DNA of 64,000 bases. Origin: Macrostomum lignano. Taxonomy: Eukaryota. Where the stretch lies: the NCBI GenBank assembly GCA_002269645.1, contig NIVC01000708.1:1-64000 (forward strand), written 5' to 3'. How positions within the stretch are numbered: the first letter of the stretch is position 1; the number at the start of each line of letters is the position of its first letter. Of the stretch, positions 1 to 19,200 are shown one piece after another. The notes under the pieces were generated by a model. The model saw only the letters and a program-made list of their open reading frames with translations. It made no database searches and was not told where the DNA came from. The position numbers and the translations under genes are program-made.

Positions 1-2
1 TT

Positions 3-4765
<4,763 letters not shown>

Positions 4766-4844
4766 GTGAGGCGGACAGGGAGCTGATGCGGGTGTCTTCT
4801 GCTTCTGGCTTGCTGTTAGTGCTTTTGTGTACTTTTATTGGCTA

Positions 4845-5231
4845 TTGTGTCTAATGTGCATTCAATATTGTGTCTAATGTGCATTCAATATTGTGTCTAA
4901 TGTGCATTCAATATTGTGTCTAATGTGCATTCAATATTGTGTCTAATGTGCATTCAACATCGTGTCTAATGTGCATTCAATATTGTGTCTAATGTGAATT
5001 CAATATTGTGTCTAATGTGCATTCAATATTGTGTCTAATGTGCATTCAATATTGTGTCTAATGTGCATTCAATATTGTGTCTAATGTGCATTCAATATTG
5101 TGTCTAATGTGCATTCAATATTGTGTCTAATTTGCATTCAATATTGTGTCTAATGTGCATTCAATATTGTGTCTAATGTGCATTCAATATTGTGTCTAAT
5201 TTGCATTCAATATTGTGTCTAATGTGCATTC
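4845..5231. repeat. 23-bp minisatellite (TATTGTGTCTAATGTGCATTCAA)
   Basis: About 16 near-identical units. Confidence 0.95.
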
Positions 5232-5671
5232 ACACGCACGCAGACTTCTGCAAATCTGCTTCAAGCATTGCCGGCTAGTGTTCCCATATGCCCGACCCTT
5301 TTCTTCTGTACTACTGGTAGTTATATAAATTAACTGCTAGATTAGTCTTAGAGACAGAAGACCCAATGCAGCAGGACCAACAGGTGTTTCTGATTTCTGC
5401 CCAAAAGCAGATAGGAAAAGAATTTTTGGCCTGTCCGACCATCCGTCACGAATCCACTCCGATCCGCCACGATGCGCAATCGGCCTCTGCCCCAGATTCC
5501 TCCAAAGATATAAAATATGTTCCGATTTGCGTGCAGCAAGCATTGCAGCCTCCATCCGCAGAGTTGCGGCTCCGGGTCTGGCGGCACCTCGTGACAATCA
5601 GCTGATTTTGAGTCTGGCGCAACTGCTGCGTGTCAATTACAGCCTGTCTGAGTGCACCCCGTGTGTCTTAG

Positions 5672-6852
<1,181 letters not shown>

Positions 6853-7182
6853 TTTGTTTATGTTTATGTCTCGCCTCTTTACCTTTCCCACCTTTTCAGT
6901 TATCCCAGCCCTTATTTCCTTTTCCTGACTCACCGTGCCGCAGACTGTCGCTCTGAGTCGGGAACTTTTTTCTATACTGTGGGGGGTTTGTCGTAAATCA
7001 AAAGTTTTATGGCTACCGCTGCATTATTAACCGTCTCCCCTTGCTCTCTCTCTCTCTCCGTATCGTTCCTGCAGAAATCAGTTTTTTATTACAGATAGGT
7101 TAAACTTTTAACGCGCAGGCTTGGAAGTTTTACTAAATCTTGCTGCTGCAAATGTACTTTTATTTCTATTCGCCCGCCGCAG

Positions 7183-8677
7183 AACTCTGGCCGGCACCGG
7201 CGCCGTCACGCTGCTGGACGCGGCGGCTTTTCGCGACTTTGCGGACGAAGCGACGCGGCTGTTCGGCGCACCGCCGCCTGGCGGCTGCACACAGGGTGAG
7301 CCGGGCTGCTCAGGGTGCTGTTTCTGTTTCTGGGACTTCCCTCTGGGGGTTTCTGTTTTGGGAATTCCGTCTGGGGGTTTCTGTTTTGGGAATTCCCTCT
7401 GGTGGTTTCAGTTTTGAGAATTCCCTCTGGTGGTTTCAGTTTTGAGAATTCCCTCTGGTGGTTTCAGTTTTGAGAATTCCCTCTGGGATTTCCGTTTTGA
7501 GAATTCCCTCCGGTGGTTTCTGTCTTGGGAACTTCCCTGGTGGTTTCTGTTTTGGGAATTCCCTCTGGGATTTCCGCTTTGAGAATTCCCTCTTTTGGTT
7601 TCAGTTTTGAGAATTCCCTCTGGTGGTTTCTGTTTCGGGAATTCCCGTTGGGGATTCGCCATTACGGGATTCCCTATGGTGATTTCCGTTTTCTGGAATT
7701 CCCTTCATTGGGTCTCCTTTAGGGGATTCCTATTGAGGCCTGCTAGGTGATCACACCAGAGCGTCCGCCGCCAGCGCTACTGTAAGTTAAGCAGAGTTGG
7801 TCTCGGTTAGCACTGCTGTACGAAAAGTGTTTTTCGAATTACCATAATTTCGCTTAGGCTTGCTAAATAGAGTTACTCAATGCAATTTAGTTTCTATGGT
7901 CTTTCTCAATATTTTCCACCGCACTGCAGGCCTGGTGATTCCTGTCGGGGACCGGAGCACATCGCATTGCCTGCTCACGGTAAGTGGTAGACTGTGCTCA
8001 CACAGTGCTCACATTGTGCTCAGCACTGCTCTTTATTCAATCAAGGCCTCAATGTTTGCAGCCCGCCATTTCATCTAGCTTATCCGCGCCAGGGTCTATT
8101 GTGCTCAATCTCATTCTTGCCCAGCCTCCTGCTCAAGTCTCGTGTCAGAGTCCAGCTGTGTGAGGAGCTGCGGGTTGAGGGCACCCGCGATCACGAACTA
8201 GGATCTGGATTGCCAGCTTCTTCCTCAAGGCCTTCATTTTCAGACATTTTCAAAGTTTCTCTGCCTCCTCCTAATCGCTAAACTCATCCTAAATTAAGCT
8301 ATTTTTGCGTAGCAAAGCTTTAATAAACTCAACTGCAGTTTCAATATCAATAAGTCAAATACAGATTTTTTAATTTTTAGCTTCACACAAACAATTCTTG
8401 ATGTAGAATCGGTTTTTTAAAAATCTACGATCAAGCGATACAAGGGTTTTAGATGATGAAGGAGTCGGCCCCTCCAGATGCTGGGTTACTAAGATCGCTT
8501 TGACTCTTTCCCAGTCTCACTTACTGGCCATCGCGTCCAACCTCCGCTCCGCTCCCCGTCCCGGACACCTCCCCCTGCCTTTCTTTTCATTTCATAATGC
8601 CGTCTCTACTCAAGGCCTACCCAGCTGAGGAGGTGACTGAGCGGCACAGAGCGAGCATGGAGAGCCTCAGGAGACAG
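7183..8677 (+). CDS. PDE2: PDE2 N-terminal region exons (probable)
   Basis: Exons 7183-7295 (TLAGTGAVTLLDAAAFRDF...TQG), 7930-7979 (LVIPVGDRSTSHCLLT, resembling PDE2A LVIPLADK..VILV) and 8615-8677 (AYPAEEVTERHRASMESLRRQ). Canonical splice sites; phases chain into exon 9947. Confidence 0.65.
7320..7705. repeat. 28-bp minisatellite (TTTTGAGAATTCCCTCTGGTGGTTTCAG)
   Basis: Directly visible, degenerate at the edges. Confidence 0.85.
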
Positions 8678-8939
8678 GTGAGTAAGATCATCATTAATTA
8701 CTCTGCATCTTAATTAAGGAGACGGCGGCTCAGGGAAAGGCTTCGACGCTTTCAATATGAGACTGCGCCGTCATTTTGAAGCTGTTTGGTTAATTAAGAA
8801 AACTCATGACCAGCTGCCGCCATCTGCGCCTCAGTCTGCCACAGTGACTGTTTATCAAAATGAAGTACCTGTGAGGTACGCTGGCCTCACCCTGCTCACG
8901 TCTACCTTTAACTGACTGATCCTTTGATTGTCGCTTCCT

Positions 8940-9885
8940 ATATCCTTCAGTTGCCTTCCTTCCCAATCCTTCAGTTGCCTACCTTCCCGATCCTTCAGTT
9001 GCCTACCTTCCCGATCCTTCAGTTGCCTTCCTTCCCGATCCTTCAGTAGCCTTCCTTCCCCATCCTTCAGTTGCCTTCCTTCCCGATCCTTCAGTAGCCT
9101 TCCTTCCCCATCCTTCAGTTGCCTTCCTTCCCGATCCTTCAGTTGCCTTCCTTCCCGATCCTTCAGTTGCCTTCCTTCCCGATCCTTCAGTTGCCTTCCT
9201 TCCCCATCCTTCAGTAGCCTTCCTTCCCGTTCCTTCAGTTGCCTTCCTTCCCGATCCTTCAGTTGCCTTCCTTCCCGATCCTTCAGTTGCCTTCCTTCCC
9301 GATCCTTCAGTAGCCTTCCTTCCCCATCCTTCAGTTGCCCCTTCCCGATCCTTCAGTAGCCTTCCTTCCCGATCCTTCAGTAGCCTTCCTTCCCGATCCT
9401 TCAGTTGTCCCTTCCCGATCCTTCAGTTGCCTTCCTTCCCGTTCCTTCAGTTGCCTTCCTTCCCCATCCTTCAGTTGCCCCTTCCCGATCCTTCAGTAGC
9501 CTTCCTTCCCGATCCTTCAGTTGCCTTCCTTCCCGATCATTCAGTTGCCTTCCTTCCCCATCCTTCAGTTGCCCCTTCCCGATCCTTCAGTAGCCTTCCT
9601 TCCCGATCCTTCAGTTGCCTTCCTTCCCCATCCTTCAGTTGCCCCTTCCCGATCCTTCAGTTGTCCCTTCCCGATCCTTCAGTTGCCGATTCCCGATCTT
9701 TTAGTTGTCCCTTCCCGATCCTTCAGTTGCCTTCCTTCCCGATCCTTCAGTTGCCGATTTCCGATCCTTCAGTTGCCGATTCCCGATCCTTCAGTTGCCC
9801 CTTCCCGATCCTTCAGTAGCCTTCCTTCCCGATCCTTCAGTTGCCGATTCCCGATCCTTCAGTTGCCCCTTCCCGCCCCTTCAGC
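8940..9885. repeat. 24-bp pyrimidine-rich minisatellite (GATCCTTCAGTTGCCTTCCTTCCC) with shorter variants
   Basis: Directly visible; about 40 units. Confidence 0.95.
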
Positions 9886-9946
9886 TGGCATCTTTCGCAA
9901 CTCTATTGCTAGCAAAAGTCTCACAATTACTAACAATGCCATTCAG

Positions 9947-12900
9947 CTGGATGCCACCTGCTCGCGGTTAATCCGCCTGGCTTCGATGGGCTTCTCAGGC
10001 AGCGGCGGCAGAGCTCCCGCCACTGCGGCTGCGGACGGTGGCGCCCTGGCGTCGACTCCAACCGCCGCAGGTTCCGCGCCGCTGCTTCAGTCTGACTGCC
10101 ATCCAATACTCGCCCTGTGCGGTGAGAAATCTGACTGGTTTATTGCCCTTTGTTGCATGTTGTGAGCGATTCTCCAGGTGTGGGCTATGAGCGATTATCC
10201 AGGTGTGGGCTATGAGCGATTTTCTAGGTGAGGGCTATGAGCGATTATCCAGGTGTGGGCGTTGAGCGATTATCCAGGTGTGGGCTATGAGCGATTTTCC
10301 AGATGTGGGCTATGAGCGATTATCCAGGTGTGGGCTATGAGCGATTTTCCAGATGTGGGCTATGAGCGATTATCCAGGTGTGGGCTATGAGCTATTCTCC
10401 GGGTGTGGGCTATGAGCGATTCTCCGGGTGTGAGCTATGAGCGATTCTCCGGGTGTAGGCTATGAGCGATTCTCCAGGTCTGGGCTATGAGTGACTCTTT
10501 AAGTGTTTGACCGCTGAGCAATTTCTCTGCTGACTCTCTCTTGTTGAATCAAAGCATTTTTAATGTTTATAGCATAAAAAGAATTCCTAAGAATTGCAAA
10601 AAGTCGCAACCGGCAAATCCTTGCTGTTTTAGGCGAGCTCTACGACCAGGACTCGGAGCACCTGCAGCTGAAAGTAATCAAATATGTAAGACCGCTTCTT
10701 CAATTATTTGTTTTAGACCTATCGCTACAGCTGCCCCTGCATCTTAACTTCAAAACAAGCCCACGCTGTGTTTCAGCTGAAAAATCGCATTAACTGCGAG
10801 ACTGGATTTCTATTGCTCGTGTCGCAGGACAGGGCGCATGTGTTCTGTCAGGTAAGGGGCGGGAGAAACGGGCGAGAGGGGGAAGGAATTTACACTCTCT
10901 GATTGGATAGGGAGTGAGAGAGAAGGAATGTACACTCTTTGGGCTGGGCTGGATAGGGGAAGAGGGGGAAGGGATGTACACTCTCTGAGTGAATAGGGGG
11001 AGAGAGGGAAAGAATGTACACTCTCTGATTGGATAGGGAGAGAGAGAAGGAATGTACATTCTCTGATTGGATAGGGAGAGAGAGAGAAGGAATGTACACT
11101 CTCTGATTGGATAGGGAGAGAGAGAAGGAATGTACACTCTCTGATTGGATAGGGAGAGAGAGAAGGAATGTACGCTCTCTGGGCTGGGTGGATAGGGCGA
11201 GAGAGGGAAGGAATGTACACTCTTTGGGCTGGGTGGATAGGTGGAGAGGGGAAGGGATGTACACTCTCTGGGTGGATAGAGGGAAAGAGGGAAGGAATGT
11301 ACACTCTCTGGGCTGGGTGGATAGGACGAGAGAGGGAAGGAATGTACACTCTTTGGGCTGGGTGGATAGGTGGAGAGGGGGAAGGGATGTACACTCTCTG
11401 GGTGGATAGAGGGAAAGAGGGAAGGAATGTATCTAAGCTGGGTGGATAGGACGAGAGAGGGGACAAATATACACTCTCTGAGTGTATAGGGGGAGTGAAA
11501 AGGAAGGAATGTACACTCAGGCTGTATAAAGAAAATGAAGAAATTTCCTTATGAAAAGTACCAATGAATGAATGCCTATGAGGAATGCAGGAAATGAGCA
11601 AAGCCAAAGCCTTAATCTCAAACAGCGTCCGTCCCACAACTTTTCAGGTCGTGGGCGATAGCATTCTGCCGGATCAGATTCACATCGGTGTACGTATTGA
11701 TTGATTGCCCAGACCAAGAGTTGATGGCGCTGAGGATGCTGGACAAAGAAAATTTTAAACTTAGGCACTAATGAAATTTTCTCCTAGTCAAGGCCTTCTT
11801 CTTTTAAAGCAAACAGATTCTGAGCTTCAGAAGGTAGCCTGAATGCAGACAGAATTCTGGCCATTGAAGCCCGCTTTTATCTTCCCTGAATTCCAGTTTC
11901 TTGTCTACTTGTCTACTCTTTAAATCTACTTTTTTAATCTACTTGTCTACTTCTTGGATCTACTTGTCTACTTCTTAAATCTACTCATATACTCTGTGAA
12001 TCTACTTGTCTACTTCTTGAATCTACTTGTCTACTTCTTGAATCTACTTGACTACTCTTTGAATCTGCTTGTCTACTCTTTGAATCTACTTGACTACTCT
12101 TTGAATCTACTTGACTACTCTTTGAATCTGCTTGTCTACTTCTTGAATCTACTTGTCTACTCTTTGAATCTGCTTGTCTACTCTTTGAATCTACTTGTCT
12201 ACTCTTTGAATCTGCTTGTCTACTCTTTGAATCTGCTTGTCTACTCTTTGAATCTACTTGTCTACTCTTTGAATCTGCTTGTCTACTCTTTGAATCTACT
12301 TGTCTACTCTTTGAATCTACTTGTCTACTCTTTGAATCTGCTTGTCTACTCTTTGAATCTACTTGTCTACTCTTTGAATCTACTTGACTACTCTTTGAAT
12401 CTACTTGTCTACTCTTTGAATCTGCTTGTCTACTCTTTGAATCTACTTGTCTACTCTTTGAATCTACTTGACTACTCTTTGAATCTGCTTGTCTACTCTT
12501 TGAATCTACTTGACTACTCTTTGAATCTGCTTGTCTACTCTTTGAATCTGCTTGTCTACTCTTTGAATCTGCTACTCCATTATGTTTATTGTTGAAGTCA
12601 TTGGCACGCAGCCACTTGCCGGTACAGTCAGTCTCTCTCCTGTTCACAGCATCACGAACGCAGATTATGCAGCACGAATGCGTCTGGACTAAAACAGTAC
12701 AGTTGCATGTCGCTATGCTCTGCCCTGCAAATTCCCCAGGAAATCTCAGACAGCTCAGGCCCCGGACTCAAGTCTGAGCATTCCGCCCTATCGAACTCTC
12801 ATTAATTAGTTGACGCAAAACGGGGCTGTCAGTCTCTTCAGGCCGGCCAGTCTGAGCTGGGCTGCTCTGGTCAGCTGGGACTGCCAGCCGAGTTTCTGCA

Positions 12901-13174
12901 GCCGCGCTCAATTTCCTTTATTTGCTCCTGCCCCGCCGGCGCTCCGGCCGCATCTCCAGCTTCCTCTAGCGGATTAAGGGGGGGGTGGGTTGTCTTCTGT
13001 CTCTCCCCTCTCTCTTCCTGCGTGTAGTTTCTACGAATGCGCGCAAAAATGCAATTCAGAAATCTTGAAAGGAATTTTTCTCTGTGTGAGCTAAAATGAA
13101 TCTGCGACTGGGACTGCGTTTGAGTTGTTTTCCTGCCCCCTCTCCCTTTGCCGACTCGGTGTGCGTTCTCTCTC

Positions 13175-13254
<80 letters not shown>

Positions 13255-16200
13255 CTCCTCTCTCTCTCCTCTCTCCTCTCTCTCTCTCCTCTCTCTGACT
13301 CACAGGCCAGATATATGATTTCTATGCTTTCTGCTCTATCTGAAATTCGGACGGCTGTTCTGCGATTAGGTGGCCCATTCCAGTTATGAATTTAAGAATA
13401 TTTATGATGCATTCTATGCGTGTTTAGTCGAGAGATTCCTGATGTGCATCTTCAATATATGTTATTAGTAGTAGCCTGATTATGTTTTAATTTCATTGTT
13501 TCATACAAAGCAAGGAAGAAAAAATCCAAAAAAATTTCAGGCCCACATGAATTTTTTTGAAACCATGATTGAAAGCAGCAAGTCGCACTACCTGGATGAC
13601 CTACCGCAAGTGAGCAATTTTTCACGGAATTCTTGCATACTCACCCCATATCACCTACACCCGTATTCACGCACCCCTATTCACACACAAACCCCTATTC
13701 ACACAAACCCCTATTCACACACACACACCCCTATTCACACATAAACCCCTATTCACACACAAACCCCTATTCACACACACACCCCTATTCACACACACAC
13801 CCCTATTCACACACACCCCTATTCACACACACACCCCTATTCACACACACCCCTATTCACACACAAACCCCTATTCACACAGACCCCTTTTCACACACAA
13901 ACTTCTATTCACACACAAACCCCTATTCACACACAAACCCCTATTCACACAGACCCCTTTTCACACACAAACCCCTATTCACACACACACCCCTATTCAC
14001 ACACAAACCCCTATTCACACAAATCCCTGTTCACACACACCCCTATTCACACACAAACCCCTATTCACACAAACCCCTATTCACACAAACCCCTATTCAC
14101 ACAAACCCCTATTCACACAAACCCCTATTCACACACAAACCCCTATTCACTCACAGGAGCAGCTGGCTGACATCCAGTCGGTGCTCGGTGACTCGGTGTC
14201 CATCAGGTCGCTACTCTGCGTCCCAGTCACCAGCCGAGGCGCCTCCCAAGTGGTTGCCATCGCTTGCATGGTTAATAAATTATCGTCCGCCGAGTGAGCA
14301 CAATTTTTTAAGCATAAAATTCAATACTTGCCTACTTTCAGTAGCATAAATGTTAAAAATTGCGTCGATTTTCATTATTCTCCGCTACTAAAGTTTCTCC
14401 CCAGTTGACGTAGACGTGATTCACGAGTGTTTTCGCTACACGAGCACCGTGCTGACTAGCACCATCGCGTTCCAGACTGAGCGGATGCTGAAAAACCAGA
14501 CTCAGGTGAGCGCGTTATGACACGCATTTTCACTCAGCTTCTGACTCCATAATGACCAGGGCTATCCAGCTTAGCTGTCTGTTCCCTTCCGTCCCACCTG
14601 CATCCAGGCCTTGCTGCAGGTGGCTCAGAATATTTTTCGCAAACTGGACGATCTGACCGTTCTGCTCCGGGAAATCATGGCCGAGGCCAGGAATCTCACA
14701 CAGGCCGAGAGGTGAGGCTGGCAGCAGGGGAGGGGAGGATCGGAGGAGGTAGGAACAGGGAGGGGAGGAACAGGAAGGGGAGGACCAGGGGAGGGGAGGA
14801 ACAGGAAGGGGAGGAACAGAGAGGGGAGGAACAGAGAGGGGAGGAACAGGAAGGGGAGGACCAGGGGAGGGGAGGAACAGAGAGGGGAGGAACAGAGAGG
14901 GGAGGAACAGAGCGGAGGAACAGAGAGGGGAGGAACAGGTGATAAGAGGAACAGGGAGGGAAGGAACAGGGGAGGGGAGGAACAGAGAGGGGAGGAACAG
15001 GGGAGGGGAGGAACAGGGAAAGGGAGGAACAGGGAAGGGGAGGAACAGAGAGGGGAGGAACAGAGAGGGGAGGAACAGGGGATGGGAGGAACGGGGGATG
15101 GGAGGAACAGAGAGGGGAGGAACATGGGAGGGGAAGAACAGGGAGGGGAAGAACAGGGAGGGGAGGAACAGAGAGGGGAGGAACAGGGGATGGGAGGAAC
15201 GGGGGATGGGAGGAACAGAGAGGGGAGGAACATGGGAGGGGAAGAACAGAGAGGGGAAGAACAGGGAGGGGAGGAACAGAGAGGGGAAGAACAGGGGATG
15301 GGAGGAACAGAGAGGGGAGGAACAGAGAGGGGAGGAACAGAGAGGGGAGGAACAGGGGATGAGAGGAACAGGGAGGGAAGGAACAGGGGAGGGGAGGAAC
15401 AGTGAGGGAGGAACAGAGAGGGGAGGAATAGGGAGGGGAGGAACAGGGGAGGGCTTGAAAACGCAGAAAGAATACGGATCGGAATGAAAAAAAAATTCGT
15501 TCAACCGCCAAATAACAGGTGCTCAGTCTTCCTACTTGACCGCGAGACCAACGAACTGGTTGCCAAGGTGTTCGATGGACTGCCAACCACATCTAACGAG
15601 AAGGAGGTGAGTTGCTTTTGCAGCTACTTCTTACCTGCTTGCCTGCAGTTCAGTTGATCGCATATTGCAGTTAATCTTAAAATTAACTTCACGCACTTAA
15701 ACCGTGTTTAAAAAAAGACCATTACTTTATTGCACCATTCACCAACTTGAGTTAAAGCACTTTGCGCTCGAACTCTTAACTTCAGAGTGAAGTATGTTTA
15801 ACAGTCTTTGATGAGCCGCCACCCCCCCTCTCCAGTAGTCTTTGATGAGCCGCCACACCCCCTCCCGGTAGTCTTTGATGAGCCGCCACACCCCCACACA
15901 GTCTTTGATGAGCCGCCACACCCCTCCCAGTAGTCTTTGATGAGCCGCCACACCCCCACGCAGTCTTTGATGAGCCGCCACACCCCCACGCAGTCTTTGA
16001 TGAGCCGCCACACCCCCACGCAGTCTTTGATGAGCCGCCACACCCCCACGCAGTCTTTGATGAGCCGCCACACCCCACGCAGTCTTTGATGAGCCGCCAC
16101 AACCCCACGCAGTCTTTGATGAGCCGCCACAACCCCACGCAGTCTTTGATGAGCCGCCACACCCCCACGCAGTCTTTGATGAGCCGCCACACCCCCACGC

Positions 16201-19200
16201 AGTCTTTGATGAGCCGCCACACCCCACACAGTCTTTGATGAGCCGCCACACCCTCCCACACAGTCTTTGATGAGCCGCCACACCCTCCCACACAGTCTTT
16301 GATAAGCCGCCACACCCTCCCACACAGTCTTTGATGAGCCGCCACACCCTCCCACACAGTCTTTGATAAGCCGCCACACCCTCCCACACAGTCTTTGATA
16401 AGCCGCCACACCCTCCCACACAGTCTTTGATAAGCCGCCACACCCCCACGCAGTCTTTGATGAGCCGCCACACCCCCACGCAGTCTTTGATAAGCCGCCA
16501 CACCCCCACACAGTCTTTGATGAGCCGCCACACCCTCCCATGCTGCCCTTATCAGCTTCGCGAGGACTAAACGCTGTGCCGCTAGACTCAATTTTTTAGT
16601 TCCTGGGCACTTGCAACAGATTCAGTAATGATGCACTGGTAAGAAATTAAAGTACTTTAAGTAGTACACACGCACAGGGCATTTATCCAGCTCGTACGAC
16701 GGACAAAAGTCTTTTATGGCGGATTTATTAATCTAGTTTTTAATCTACCTGATCTCTGGAGTTATTTATTTTTTGTTTCTATTTTACTATAACAATCCGC
16801 GCCTTCCCCTTCTGCTCAGGTTGTTCAGAGGAAAATTCTCTTATCGGACGGAACAGAAATCGAGGTGCACCCGCTGCGCTGTCTCAGTTTCCATTTTTGT
16901 GCTCCCAATTATATTTATGCCCAACGATTGCTTATTTCTCGTAGATCATAGTTAAGTAGTAATTTAATGTCTGTCTGTTGATTTCATTTGGATTCCAAAT
17001 GTTGGTCGCATCGGCTTGCTGACCTGGTCTAATAAATCCAAATCTTACCGTTGTCACCAATATATACTTTAGCTTTTGAAAATCTATTTATTCTCGAAAT
17101 AACAAAACTTTACGCTGGCTTTGCAACTCTTCTACTAACAGTAGCTGAGTTAGTAAACAACTTGTAACCATATTTATATTTTGACGTTGTGCGCTTCGAA
17201 TTTGCTCCGCTTTGTGCTTGAACTCCTTGTACCGTTGTGTATGAGTTCGAGTGAGGACCGATTTGGGTGCTCACTTCTTTGTCCTGCGGTTTGTGGGTTG
17301 TTGTGGATAGATAGATGCTGGTGTATAGATGCTGTTAGATAGATGCTGTTGGATGGATGCTGCTATATAGATGCTGGTGGATAGTTACTGGTGGATAGAT
17401 GCTGCTGGATATATGTTGGTGGATTAGATGCTGGTGGATATATGTTGGTGGATAGATGCTGGTGGATAGATGTTGGTGGATAGATGCTGGTGGATAGATG
17501 TTGGTGGATAGATGCTGGTGGATAGATGTTGGTGGATAGATGTTGGTGGATAGATGTTGTTGGATAGATGCTGGTGAATAGATGTTGGTGGATAGATGTT
17601 GGTGGATAGATGTTGTTGGATAGATGCTGGTGGATAGATGCTGGTGGATAAATGCTGGTGGATATATGCTGGTGGATAGATGCTGGTGGATAGATGTTGG
17701 TGGATACATTCTGGTGGATGGATGCTGGTGGATGGATGCTGGTGGATGGATGCTGTTGGGTAGATGTTGGTGGATAGATGCTGGTGGATAGATGCTGGTG
17801 GATAGATGCTGGTGGATAGATGCTGGTGGATAGATGTTGGTGGATAGATGCTGGTGGATATATGTTGGTGGATAGATGCTGGTGGATAGATGCTGGTGGA
17901 TAGATGCTGGTGGATAGATGCTGGTGGATAGATGTTGGTGGATAGATGTTGGTGGATAGATGCTGGTGGATAGATGCTGGTGGATAGATGTTGGTGGATA
18001 GATGCTGGTGGATAGATGTTGGTGGATAGATGCTGGTGGATAGATGCCTTTAGCTATATGTATACGGCATTAAATAGCTTTAGATGAACGAAATTTTTCT
18101 ATTTTAGCCATTTTTCTCGGAAGAAATTCTGAAAAAAAACATTAAGCTGCTACGAACAGATTACACAGCTAATTACAATATCTGTGCTCTCCATTTCCTC
18201 TCTTCCCCAGCAACCAGTGGAGATTCGAATCCCCGCAACCCACGGAGTTGCTGGCTACGTGGCCACCAAAGGTGAGCAATTTCTTGTCTGTTAATAAACA
18301 TTTTTGCTTTAATAATGCAATACAGAAACTCTTAAACCTGATTAAAACTCAGAAACTTTGACCCAAACTGCCTTTGACCCAAACTGCCCTTGACCCAAAC
18401 TGCCTTTGATCCAAACTGCCCTTGACCTAAATTGCCTTTGACCCAAACTGAAAACTCCTTTGACTGACATTTCTCTTGTATACTTCTATAACTCTAGGCA
18501 TTCAAATCTTTGAAAATATTGCCACCAATTCAAACAAATCCGCAGGCGAACTACTCAACATCAAAGACGCTTACTCGCATCCGTTGTTCTACAGCAAGGT
18601 GGACGAGGACACCGGCTTTAGGACTCGGTGAGAGCGCCGCTGCCAGTCACTGCTTTGATCTGACTGGGCAATTCGACAGTCTTTCTCAGCATTCTGTTTT
18701 CATTTTCACCCACCACACAATGCACACACCCTTTATTCACCCACCACCCCATTCACTCACCACCCTATTCACTCACCACCCCATTCACGCACCACCCTAT
18801 TTAACCACCACCCCATTCAACCACCACCCTATTCAACTACCACCCTATTCAACCACCACTCCATTTAACCACCACCCCATTCAACTAACACCCTATTCAA
18901 CCACCACCCCATTCAACCACCACTCCATTTAACCACCACCCCATTCAACCACCACCCCATTTAACTACCACTCCATTTAACCACCACCCCATTCAACTAA
19001 CACCCTATTCAACCACCACTCCATTTAACCACCACCCCATTCAACCACCACCCCATTCAACCACCACCATATTCAACCACCCCATTCAACCACCACCCCA
19101 TTCAACCACCACCCCATTCAACCACCAATGACGCACACAGTGCAAACTCCCCCCTCTTTCCAGGAACATTCTCTGCTTCCCCATCCAAGACGAGCACGGC

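Noticed and set aside
4845-5231. CRISPR-like 23-bp repeats
   Set aside because: Head-to-tail with no spacers.
5341-5605. ORF MQQDQQ...KDIKYVPICV as a PDE2 exon
   Set aside because: No donor in a compatible phase; 4765 joins 7183 in frame without it.
8125-8173. Possible exon LLLKSRVRVQLCEELR
   Set aside because: Its phase does not fit the 7979-8615 join, which is already continuous.
12612-12626. Possible PLAGT microexon in PDE2 GAF-A
   Set aside because: The flanking exons already align to PDE2 without a gap, and the splice signals are weak.
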